In this document: in pieces, positions 1-12,400 of the stretch
Position numbering within the stretch: the first letter of the stretch is position 1
Layout: every line of letters starts with the position of its first letter
Assembly: GCF_009914755.1 (NCBI RefSeq)
Contig: NC_060928.1
Source: the human T2T-CHM13v2.0 reference genome, Homo sapiens
Length of the DNA: 64,000 nucleotides
Strand: one strand, 5' to 3'
The notes under the pieces: generated by a model
Told to the model about the DNA's origin: nothing
Databases searched by the model: none
What the model saw: only the letters and a program-made list of their open reading frames with translations
Position numbers and translations under genes: made by a program

Positions 1-56
1 TTTTGAAACAATCTTTTTGTAGAATCTGCAAGTGGATATTTGGATAGCTTTGAGGA

Positions 57-73
57 TTTCGTTGGAAACGGGA
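57..73 (+). other. CENP-B box (representative; core-intact boxes in unit 1 at 57, 569, 1077, 1418, 1588, 1928, 2266)
   Basis: TTTCGTTGGAAACGGGA matches the nTTCGnnnnAnnCGGGn core. There are 7 intact boxes per 15-mer and 8 per 19-mer (extra one e.g. 16724-16740). Confidence 0.96.
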
Positions 74-226
74 TATCTTCATATAAAATCTAGACAGAAG
101 CATTCTCAGAAACTTCTTTGTGCTGTATGTCCTCAATTAACAGAGTTGAACCATTGCTTGGATACAGCATTTTGGAAACATTCCTTGAGTAGAATCTGCA
201 AGTTGATATTTAGATAGATTTGAAGA

Positions 227-243
227 TTTCGTTGGAAAAGGGA
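227..243 (+). other. Degenerate CENP-B box fixed in the HOR (also 907-923, and 17062-17078 in 19-mers)
   Basis: TTTCGTTGGAAAAGGGA, ATTCGTTGGAAAGGGGA and TTTCGTTGGAAACCGGA each break the CGGG core. Confidence 0.9.
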
Positions 244-397
244 ATATCTCCATATAAAATCTAGAGGGAAGCATTCTCAGAAACTGCTTTGTGATGTTTC
301 CATTCAAGTCACAGAGTTGAATATTCCCTTTTATAGAGCACGTTTGAAACACTCTTTCTGCACTATCTGGAAGTGGACATTTCGAGCGCTTTGAGGC

Positions 398-414
398 CTA
401 TGGTGAAAAAGGAA
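398..414 (+). other. pJalpha-type (A-type monomer) box, representative; 6 per 15-mer, 8 per 19-mer
   Basis: CTATGGTGAAAAAGGAA occupies the position where B-type monomers carry the CENP-B box. Confidence 0.85.
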
Positions 415-3400
415 ATATCTTCCCATAAAAACTAGACAGAAGCATTCTCAGAAACTTGTTTGTGATGTGTGTATTCAACTAACAGAGTTGAACTTTTGTT
501 TTTACAGAGCCGTTTTAAAACACTCTTTTTGTGGAATCAGAAAGTGGATATTCGGATGGCTCTGAGGATTTCGTTGGAAGCGGGATTACATATAAAATCT
601 AGAGAGAAGCATTCTCAGGAACTTCTTTGTGATGTTTGCATTGAAGTCACAGAATTGAACATTCACTTTGATAGAGCAGGTTTGAAACACTCATTCTGTA
701 GTATCTGGAAGTGGACATTTCAAGCGCTTTCAGGCCTATGGTGAGAAAGGAAATATCTTCGAATAAAAACTAGACAGAAGCATCCTCAGAAACTTATTTG
801 TGATGTGTGTCCTCAACTAACAGAGTTGAAACTTTGTTTTGATACAGCATTTTGGAAACACTCTTTTTGTAGAATCTGCAGGTGGATATTTGGATAGCTT
901 AGAGGGATTCGTTGGAAAGGGGATATCTTCATATAAAATCTAGACAGAAGCATTCTCAGAAACTTATTTGTGATGTGTGTCCTCAACTAACAGAGTTGAA
1001 CCTTGGTTTTGATACAGCATTTTGGAAACACTCCTTTTGTAGAATCTGCAGGTGGATATGTGGATAGCTCTGAAGATTTCGTTGGAAACGGGAATTTCTT
1101 CATATAAAATCAAACAGAAGCATTCTCAGAAACTTCTCAGTGATGTTTGCATTCAGCTCATGGAGTTGAACACTTCCTTTCATAGAGCCGGTTTGAAACA
1201 CTCTTTCTGCACTACCTGGAAGAGGACATTTCGAGCGCTTTGAGTCCTATGGTGAAAAAGGAAATATCTTCTCATAAAAACCAGAAAGAAGCATTCTCAG
1301 AAACTTCTTTGTGTTGTGTGTACTCAAGTAACAGTGTTGAACCTTCCTTTTGACACAGCAGTTTTGAAACACTCTTTTGGTAGAATCTGCAAGTGGATAT
1401 TTGGATAGCTTTGAGGATTTCGTTGGAAACGGGTTATCTTCATATAAAATCCAGACAGGAGCATTCTCAGAAACTTCTTTGTGCTGCATGTCCTCAATTC
1501 ACAGAGCTGAACCTTTGTTTGGATACAGCATTTTGGAAACATTCCTTTAGTAGAATCTGCAAGTTGATATTTAGATAGCTTTGAAGATTTCGTTGGAAAC
1601 GGGAATATCTTCATAGAAAATCTAGACGGAAGCATTCTCAGAAACTGCTTTGTGATGTTTGCATTCAAGTCACAGAGTTGAATATTCCCTTTTATAGAGT
1701 AGGTTTGAAACACTCTTTCGGCACTACCTGGAAGTGGATATTTCGAGCTCTTTGAGGCCTATGGTTAAAAGGAAATATCTTCCCATAAAAACTAGACAGA
1801 AGCCGTCTCAGAAACTTGTTTGTGATGTGTGTATTCAACTAACAGAGTTGAACATTTCTGTTACAGAGCAATTTTAAAACACTCTTTTTGTGGAATCTGA
1901 AAGTGGATAATTGGATAGCTTTGTGGATTTCGTTGGAAACGGGATGACGTATAAAATCTAGAGAGAAGCATTCTCAGGAACTTCTTTCTGATGTTTGCAT
2001 TCAAGTCACAGAATTGAACATTCCTTTTCATAGTGCAGGTTTGAAACACTCTTTCTGTAGTATCTGGAAGTGGACATTTCAAGCGCTTTCAGGCCTACGG
2101 GGAGAAAGGAAATATCTTCAAATAAAAACTAGACAGAAGGATTCTCAGAAACTTATTTGTGATGTGTGTCCTAAACGAACACAGTTGAACCTTTGTTTTG
2201 ATACAGCATTTTGGAAACACTCCTTTTGTAGGATCTGCAGGTGGATATTTGGATAGATTTTAAGATTTCGTTGGAAACGGGAGTTTCTTCATAGAAACTC
2301 AAGACAGATGCATTCTCAGAAACATCTCTGTGATGTTTGCATTCCACTCATAGAGTTGAAAACTTCCTTTCATAGAGCAGGTTTGAAACACTCTTTTTGT
2401 AATATTTGGAAGTGGACATTTGCAGCGCTTTGAGGCCTATGGTGAAAAAGGAAATATCTTCTCATAAAAACCAGAAACAAGCATTCTCAGAAACTTCTTT
2501 TTGATGTGTGTACTCAAGTAACAGAGTTGAACCTTCCTTTTGACACAGCAGTTTTGAAACAATCTTTTTGTAGAATCTGCAAGTGGATATTTGGATAGCT
2601 TTGAGGATTTCGTTGGAAACGGGATATCTTCATATAAAATCTAGACAGAAGCATTCTCAGAAACTTCTTTGTGCTGTATGTCCTCAATTAACAGAGTTGA
2701 ACCATTGCTTGGATACAGCATTTTGGAAACATTCCTTGAGTAGAATCTGCAAGTTGATATTTAGATAGATTTGAAGATTTCGTTGGAAAAGGGAATATCT
2801 CCATATAAAATCTAGAGGGAAGCATTCTCAGAAACTGCTTTGTGATGTTTCCATTCAAGTCACAGAGTTGAATATTCCCTTTTATAGAGCACGTTTGAAA
2901 CACTCTTTCTGCACTATCTGGAAGTGGACATTTCGAGCGCTTTGAGGCCTATGGTGAAAAAGGAAATATCTTCCCATAAAAACTAGACAGAAGCATTCTC
3001 AGAAACTTGTTTGTGATGTGTGTATTCAACTAACAGAGTTGAACTTTTGTTTTTACAGAGCCGTTTTAAAACACTCTTTTTGTGGAATCAGAAAGTGGAT
3101 ATTCGGATGGCTCTGAGGATTTCGTTGGAAGCGGGATTACATATAAAATCTAGAGAGAAGCATTCTCAGGAACTTCTTTGTGATGTTTGCATTGAAGTCA
3201 CAGAATTGAACATTCACTTTGATAGAGCAGGTTTGAAACACTCATTCTGTAGTATCTGGAAGTGGACATTTCAAGCGCTTTCAGGCCTATGGTGAGAAAG
3301 GAAATATCTTCGAATAAAAACTAGACAGAAGCATCCTCAGAAACTTATTTGTGATGTGTGTCCTCAACTAACAGAGTTGAAACTTTGTTTTGATACAGCA

Positions 3401-6400
3401 TTTTGGAAACACTCTTTTTGTAGAATCTGCAGGTGGATATTTGGATAGCTTAGAGGGATTCGTTGGAAAGGGGATATCTTCATATAAAATCTAGACAGAA
3501 GCATTCTCAGAAACTTATTTGTGATGTGTGTCCTCAACTAACAGAGTTGAACCTTGGTTTTGATACAGCATTTTGGAAACACTCCTTTTGTAGAATCTGC
3601 AGGTGGATATGTGGATAGCTCTGAAGATTTCGTTGGAAACGGGAATTTCTTCATATAAAATCAAACAGAAGCATTCTCAGAAACTTCTCAGTGATGTTTG
3701 CATTCAGCTCATGGAGTTGAACACTTCCTTTCATAGAGCCGGTTTGAAACACTCTTTCTGCACTACCTGGAAGAGGACATTTCGAGCGCTTTGAGTCCTA
3801 TGGTGAAAAAGGAAATATCTTCTCATAAAAACCAGAAAGAAGCATTCTCAGAAACTTCTTTGTGTTGTGTGTACTCAAGTAACAGTGTTGAACCTTCCTT
3901 TTGACACAGCAGTTTTGAAACACTCTTTTGGTAGAATCTGCAAGTGGATATTTGGATAGCTTTGAGGATTTCGTTGGAAACGGGTTATCTTCATATAAAA
4001 TCCAGACAGGAGCATTCTCAGAAACTTCTTTGTGCTGCATGTCCTCAATTCACAGAGCTGAACCTTTGTTTGGATACAGCATTTTGGAAACATTCCTTTA
4101 GTAGAATCTGCAAGTTGATATTTAGATAGCTTTGAAGATTTCGTTGGAAACGGGAATATCTTCATAGAAAATCTAGACGGAAGCATTCTCAGAAACTGCT
4201 TTGTGATGTTTGCATTCAAGTCACAGAGTTGAATATTCCCTTTTATAGAGTAGGTTTGAAACACTCTTTCGGCACTACCTGGAAGTGGATATTTCGAGCT
4301 CTTTGAGGCCTATGGTTAAAAGGAAATATCTTCCCATAAAAACTAGACAGAAGCCGTCTCAGAAACTTGTTTGTGATGTGTGTATTCAACTAACAGAGTT
4401 GAACATTTCTGTTACAGAGCAATTTTAAAACACTCTTTTTGTGGAATCTGAAAGTGGATAATTAGATAGCTTTGTGGATTTCGTTGGAAACGGGATGACG
4501 TATAAAATCTAGAGAGAAGCATTCTCAGGAACTTCTTTCTGATGTTTGCATTCAAGTCACAGAATTGAACATTCCTTTTCATAGTGCAGGTTTGAAACAC
4601 TCTTTCTGTAGTATCTGGAAGTGGACATTTCAAGCGCTTTCAGGCCTACGGGGAGAAAGGAAATATCTTCAAATAAAAACTAGACAGAAGGATTCTCAGA
4701 AACTTATTTGGGATGTGTGTCCTAAACGAACACAGTTGAACCTTTGTTTTGATACAGCATTTTGGAAACACTCCTTTTGTAGGATCTGCAGGTGGATATT
4801 TGGATAGATTTTAAGATTTCGTTGGAAACGGGAGTTTCTTCATAGAAACTCAAGACAGATGCATTCTCAGAAACATCTCTGTGATGTTTGCATTCCACTC
4901 ATAGAGTTGAAAACTTCCTTTCATAGAGCAGGTTTGAAACACTCTTTTTGTAATATTTGGAAGTGGACATTTGCAGCGCTTTGAGGCCTATGGTGAAAAA
5001 GGAAATATCTTCTCATAAAAACCAGAAACAAGCATTCTCAGAAACTTCTTTTTGATGTGTGTACTCAAGTAACAGAGTTGAACCTTCCTTTTGACACAGC
5101 AGTTTTGAAACAATCTTTTTGTAGAATCTGCAAGTGGATATTTGGATAGCTTTGAGGATTTCGTTGGAAACGGGATATCTTCATATAAAATCTAGACAGA
5201 AGCATTCTCAGAAACTTCTTTGTGCTGTATGTCCTCAATTAACAGAGTTGAACCATTGCTTGGATACAGCATTTTGGAAACATTCCTTGAGTAGAATCTG
5301 CAAGTTGATATTTAGATAGATTTGAAGATTTCGTTGGAAAAGGGAATATCTCCATATAAAATCTAGAGGGAAGCATTCTCAGAAACTGCTTTGTGATGTT
5401 TCCATTCAAGTCACAGAGTTGAATATTCCCTTTTATAGAGCACGTTTGAAACACTCTTTCTGCACTATCTGGAAGTGGACATTTCGAGCGCTTTGAGGCC
5501 TATGGTGAAAAAGGAAATATCTTCCCATAAAAACTAGACAGAAGCATTCTCAGAAACTTGTTTGTGATGTGTGTATTCAACTAACAGAGTTGAACTTTTG
5601 TTTTTACAGAGCCGTTTTAAAACACTCTTTTTGTGGAATCAGAAAGTGGATATTCGGATGGCTCTGAGGATTTCGTTGGAAGCGGGATTACATATAAAAT
5701 CTAGAGAGAAGCATTCTCAGGAACTTCTTTGTGATGTTTGCATTGAAGTCACAGAATTGAACATTCACTTTGATAGAGCAGGTTTGAAACACTCATTCTG
5801 TAGTATCTGGAAGTGGACATTTCAAGCGCTTTCAGGCCTATGGTGAGAAAGGAAATATCTTCGAATAAAAACTAGACAGAAGCATCCTCAGAAACTTATT
5901 TGTGATGTGTGTCCTCAACTAACAGAGTTGAAACTTTGTTTTGATACAGCATTTTGGAAACACTCTTTTTGTAGAATCTGCAGGTGGATATTTGGATAGC
6001 TTAGAGGGATTCGTTGGAAAGGGGATATCTTCATATAAAATCTAGACAGAAGCATTCTCAGAAACTTATTTGTGATGTGTGTCCTCAACTAACAGAGTTG
6101 AACCTTGGTTTTGATACAGCATTTTGGAAACACTCCTTTTGTAGAATCTGCAGGTGGATATGTGGATAGCTCTGAAGATTTCGTTGGAAACGGGAATTTC
6201 TTCATATAAAATCAAACAGAAGCATTCTCAGAAACTTCTCAGTGATGTTTGCATTCAGCTCATGGAGTTGAACACTTCCTTTCATAGAGCCGGTTTGAAA
6301 CACTCTTTCTGCACTACCTGGAAGAGGACATTTCGAGCGCTTTGAGTCCTATGGTGAAAAAGGAAATATCTTCTCATAAAAACCAGAAAGAAGCATTCTC

Positions 6401-9400
6401 AGAAACTTCTTTGTGTTGTGTGTACTCAAGTAACAGTGTTGAACCTTCCTTTTGACACAGCAGTTTTGAAACACTCTTTTGGTAGAATCTGCAAGTGGAT
6501 ATTTGGATAGCTTTGAGGATTTCGTTGGAAACGGGTTATCTTCATATAAAATCCAGACAGGAGCATTCTCAGAAACTTCTTTGTGCTGCATGTCCTCAAT
6601 TCACAGAGCTGAACCTTTGTTTGGATACAGCATTTTGGAAACATTCCTTTAGTAGAATCTGCAAGTTGATATTTAGATAGCTTTGAAGATTTCGTTGGAA
6701 ACGGGAATATCTTCATAGAAAATCTAGACGGAAGCATTCTCAGAAACTGCTTTGTGATGTTTGCATTCAAGTCACAGAGTTGAATATTCCCTTTTATAGA
6801 GTAGGTTTGAAACACTCTTTCGGCACTACCTGGAAGTGGATATTTCGAGCTCTTTGAGGCCTATGGTTAAAAGGAAATATCTTCCCATAAAAACTAGACA
6901 GAAGCCGTCTCAGAAACTTGTTTGTGATGTGTGTATTCAACTAACAGAGTTGAACATTTCTGTTACAGAGCAATTTTAAAACACTCTTTTTGTGGAATCT
7001 GAAAGTGGATAATTAGATAGCTTTGTGGATTTCGTTGGAAACGGGATGACGTATAAAATCTAGAGAGAAGCATTCTCAGGAACTTCTTTCTGATGTTTGC
7101 ATTCAAGTCACAGAATTGAACATTCCTTTTCATAGTGCAGGTTTGAAACACTCTTTCTGTAGTATCTGGAAGTGGACATTTCAAGCGCTTTCAGGCCTAC
7201 GGGGAGAAAGGAAATATCTTCAAATAAAAACTAGACAGAAGGATTCTCAGAAACTTATTTGGGATGTGTGTCCTAAACGAACACAGTTGAACCTTTGTTT
7301 TGATACAGCATTTTGGAAACACTCCTTTTGTAGGATCTGCAGGTGGATATTTGGATAGATTTTAAGATTTCGTTGGAAACGGGAGTTTCTTCATAGAAAC
7401 TCAAGACAGATGCATTCTCAGAAACATCTCTGTGATGTTTGCATTCCACTCATAGAGTTGAAAACTTCCTTTCATAGAGCAGGTTTGAAACACTCTTTTT
7501 GTAATATTTGGAAGTGGACATTTGCAGCGCTTTGAGGCCTATGGTGAAAAAGGAAATATCTTCTCATAAAAACCAGAAACAAGCATTCTCAGAAACTTCT
7601 TTTTGATGTGTGTACTCAAGTAACAGAGTTGAACCTTCCTTTTGACACAGCAGTTTTGAAACAATCTTTTTGTAGAATCTGCAAGTGGATATTTGGATAG
7701 CTTTGAGGATTTCGTTGGAAACGGGATATCTTCATATAAAATCTAGACAGAAGCATTCTCAGAAACTTCTTTGTGCTGTATGTCCTCAATTAACAGAGTT
7801 GAACCATTGCTTGGATACAGCATTTTGGAAACATTCCTTGAGTAGAATCTGCAAGTTGATATTTAGATAGATTTGAAGATTTCGTTGGAAAAGGGAATAT
7901 CTCCATATAAAATCTAGAGGGAAGCATTCTCAGAAACTGCTTTGTGATGTTTCCATTCAAGTCACAGAGTTGAATATTCCCTTTTATAGAGCACGTTTGA
8001 AACACTCTTTCTGCACTATCTGGAAGTGGACATTTCGAGCGCTTTGAGGCCTATGGTGAAAAAGGAAATATCTTCCCATAAAAACTAGACAGAAGCATTC
8101 TCAGAAACTTGTTTGTGATGTGTGTATTCAACTAACAGAGTTGAACTTTTGTTTTTACAGAGCCGTTTTAAAACACTCTTTTTGTGGAATCAGAAAGTGG
8201 ATATTCGGATGGCTCTGAGGATTTCGTTGGAAGCGGGATTACATATAAAATCTAGAGAGAAGCATTCTCAGGAACTTCTTTGTGATGTTTGCATTGAAGT
8301 CACAGAATTGAACATTCACTTTGATAGAGCAGGTTTGAAACACTCATTCTGTAGTATCTGGAAGTGGACATTTCAAGCGCTTTCAGGCCTATGGTGAGAA
8401 AGGAAATATCTTCGAATAAAAACTAGACAGAAGCATCCTCAGAAACTTATTTGTGATGTGTGTCCTCAACTAACAGAGTTGAAACTTTGTTTTGATACAG
8501 CATTTTGGAAACACTCTTTTTGTAGAATCTGCAGGTGGATATTTGGATAGCTTAGAGGGATTCGTTGGAAAGGGGATATCTTCATATAAAATCTAGACAG
8601 AAGCATTCTCAGAAACTTATTTGTGATGTGTGTCCTCAACTAACAGAGTTGAACCTTGGTTTTGATACAGCATTTTGGAAACACTCCTTTTGTAGAATCT
8701 GCAGGTGGATATGTGGATAGCTCTGAAGATTTCGTTGGAAACGGGAATTTCTTCATATAAAATCAAACAGAAGCATTCTCAGAAACTTCTCAGTGATGTT
8801 TGCATTCAGCTCATGGAGTTGAACACTTCCTTTCATAGAGCCGGTTTGAAACACTCTTTCTGCACTACCTGGAAGAGGACATTTCGAGCGCTTTGAGTCC
8901 TATGGTGAAAAAGGAAATATCTTCCCATAAAAACCAGAAAGAAGCATTCTCAGAAACTTCTTTGTGTTGTGTGTACTCAAGTAACAGTGTTGAACCTTCC
9001 TTTTGACACAGCAGTTTTGAAACACTCTTTTGGTAGAATCTGCAAGTGGATATTTGGATAGCTTTGAGGATTTCGTTGGAAACGGGTTATCTTCATATAA
9101 AATCCAGACAGGAGCATTCTCAGAAACTTCTTTGTGCTGCATGTCCTCAATTCACAGAGCTGAACCTTTGTTTGGATACAGCATTTTGGAAACATTCCTT
9201 TAGTAGAATCTGCAAGTTGATATTTAGATAGCTTTGAAGATTTCGTTGGAAACGGGAATATCTTCATAGAAAATCTAGACGGAAGCATTCTCAGAAACTG
9301 CTTTGTGATGTTTGCATTCAAGTCACAGAGTTGAATATTCCCTTTTATAGAGTAGGTTTGAAACACTCTTTCGGCACTACCTGGAAGTGGATATTTCGAG

Positions 9401-12400
9401 CTCTTTGAGGCCTATGGTTAAAAGGAAATATCTTCCCATAAAAACTAGACAGAAGCCGTCTCAGAAACTTGTTTGTGATGTGTGTATTCAACTAACAGAG
9501 TTGAACATTTCTGTTACAGAGCAATTTTAAAACACTCTTTTTGTGGAATCTGAAAGTGGATAATTAGATAGCTTTGTGGATTTCGTTGGAAACGGGATGA
9601 CGTATAAAATCTAGAGAGAAGCATTCTCAGGAACTTCTTTCTGATGTTTGCATTCAAGTCACAGAATTGAACATTCCTTTTCATAGTGCAGGTTTGAAAC
9701 ACTCTTTCTGTAGTATCTGGAAGTGGACATTTCAAGCGCTTTCAGGCCTACGGGGAGAAAGGAAATATCTTCAAATAAAAACTAGACAGAAGGATTCTCA
9801 GAAACTTATTTGGGATGTGTGTCCTAAACGAACACAGTTGAACCTTTGTTTTGATACAGCATTTTGGAAACACTCCTTTTGTAGGATCTGCAGGTGGATA
9901 TTTGGATAGATTTTAAGATTTCGTTGGAAACGGGAGTTTCTTCATAGAAACTCAAGACAGATGCATTCTCAGAAACATCTCTGTGATGTTTGCATTCCAC
10001 TCATAGAGTTGAAAACTTCCTTTCATAGAGCAGGTTTGAAACACTCTTTTTGTAATATTTGGAAGTGGACATTTGCAGCGCTTTGAGGCCTATGGTGAAA
10101 AAGGAAATATCTTCTCATAAAAACCAGAAACAAGCATTCTCAGAAACTTCTTTTTGATGTGTGTACTCAAGTAACAGAGTTGAACCTTCCTTTTGACACA
10201 GCAGTTTTGAAACAATCTTTTTGTAGAATCTGCAAGTGGATATTTGGATAGCTTTGAGGATTTCGTTGGAAACGGGATATCTTCATATAAAATCTAGACA
10301 GAAGCATTCTCAGAAACTTCTTTGTGCTGTATGTCCTCAATTAACAGAGTTGAACCATTGCTTGGATACAGCATTTTGGAAACATTCCTTGAGTAGAATC
10401 TGCAAGTTGATATTTAGATAGATTTGAAGATTTCGTTGGAAAAGGGAATATCTCCATATAAAATCTAGAGGGAAGCATTCTCAGAAACTGCTTTGTGATG
10501 TTTCCATTCAAGTCACAGAGTTGAATATTCCCTTTTATAGAGCACGTTTGAAACACTCTTTCTGCACTATCTGGAAGTGGACATTTCGAGCGCTTTGAGG
10601 CCTATGGTGAAAAAGGAAATATCTTCCCATAAAAACTAGACAGAAGCATTCTCAGAAACTTGTTTGTGATGTGTGTATTCAACTAACAGAGTTGAACTTT
10701 TGTTTTTACAGAGCCGTTTTAAAACACTCTTTTTGTGGAATCAGAAAGTGGATATTCGGATGGCTCTGAGGATTTCGTTGGAAGCGGGATTACATATAAA
10801 ATCTAGAGAGAAGCATTCTCAGGAACTTCTTTGTGATGTTTGCATTGAAGTCACAGAATTGAACATTCACTTTGATAGAGCAGGTTTGAAACACTCATTC
10901 TGTAGTATCTGGAAGTGGACATTTCAAGCGCTTTCAGGCCTATGGTGAGAAAGGAAATATCTTCGAATAAAAACTAGACAGAAGCATCCTCAGAAACTTA
11001 TTTGTGATGTGTGTCCTCAACTAACAGAGTTGAAACTTTGTTTTGATACAGCATTTTGGAAACACTCTTTTTGTAGAATCTGCAGGTGGATATTTGGATA
11101 GCTTAGAGGGATTCGTTGGAAAGGGGATATCTTCATATAAAATCTAGACAGAAGCATTCTCAGAAACTTATTTGTGATGTGTGTCCTCAACTAACAGAGT
11201 TGAACCTTGGTTTTGATACAGCATTTTGGAAACACTCCTTTTGTAGAATCTGCAGGTGGATATGTGGATAGCTCTGAAGACTTCGTTGGAAACGGGAATT
11301 TCTTCATATAAAATCAAACAGAAGCATTCTCAGAAACTTCTCAGTGATGTTTGCATTCAGCTCATGGAGTTGAACACTTCCTTTCATAGAGCCGGTTTGA
11401 AACACTCTTTCTGCACTACCTGGAAGAGGACATTTCGAGCGCTTTGAGTCCTATGGTGAAAAAGGAAATATCTTCTCATAAAAACCAGAAAGAAGCATTC
11501 TCAGAAACTTCTTTGTGTTGTGTGTACTCAAGTAACAGTGTTGAACCTTCCTTTTGACACAGCAGTTTTGAAACACTCTTTTGGTAGAATCTGCAAGTGG
11601 ATATTTGGATAGCTTTGAGGATTTCGTTGGAAACGGGTTATCTTCATAAAAAATCCAGACAGGAGCATTCTCAGAAACTTCTTTGTGCTGCATGTCCTCA
11701 ATTCACAGAGCTGAACCTTTGTTTGGATACAGCATTTTGGAAACATTCCTTTAGTAGAATCTGCAAGTTGATATTTAGATAGCTTTGAAGATTTCGTTGG
11801 AAACGGGAATATCTTCATAGAAAATCTAGACGGAAGCATTCTCAGAAACTGCTTTGTGATGTTTGCATTCAAGTCACAGAGTTGAATATTCCCTTTTATA
11901 GAGTAGGTTTGAAACACTCTTTCGGCACTACCTGGAAGTGGATATTTCGAGCTCTTTGAGGCCTATGGTTAAAAGGAAATATCTTCCCATAAAAACTAGA
12001 CAGAAGCCGTCTCAGAAACTTGTTTGTGATGTGTGTATTCAACTAACAGAGTTGAACATTTCTGTTACAGAGCAATTTTAAAACACTCTTTTTGTGGAAT
12101 CTGAAAGTGGATAATTGGATAGCTTTGTGGATTTCGTTGGAAACGGGATGACGTATAAAATCTAGAGAGAAGCATTCTCAGGAACTTCTTTCTGATGTTT
12201 GCATTCAAGTCACAGAATTGAACATTCCTTTTCATAGTGCAGGTTTGAAACACTCTTTCTGTAGTATCTGGAAGTGGACATTTCAAGCGCTTTCAGGCCT
12301 ACGGGGAGAAAGGAAATATCTTCAAATAAAAACTAGACAGAAGGATTCTCAGAAACTTATTTGGGATGTGTGTCCTAAACGAACACAGTTGAACCTTTGT

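Noticed and set aside
382-392. Short palindromes such as AGCGCT, AGGCCT and TCTAGA as regulatory or cruciform elements
   Set aside because: These are ordinary 6 bp sites within the monomer consensus; I saw no extended dyad that I can support.
1-2551. Assignment to other 15/16-mer arrays (e.g. D17Z1 variants) or a pentameric SF3 array
   Set aside because: A-type monomers are never adjacent (SF3 has W4-W5 A-A pairs), and the 19/15-mer pairing fits chr4 better. Not database-verified.
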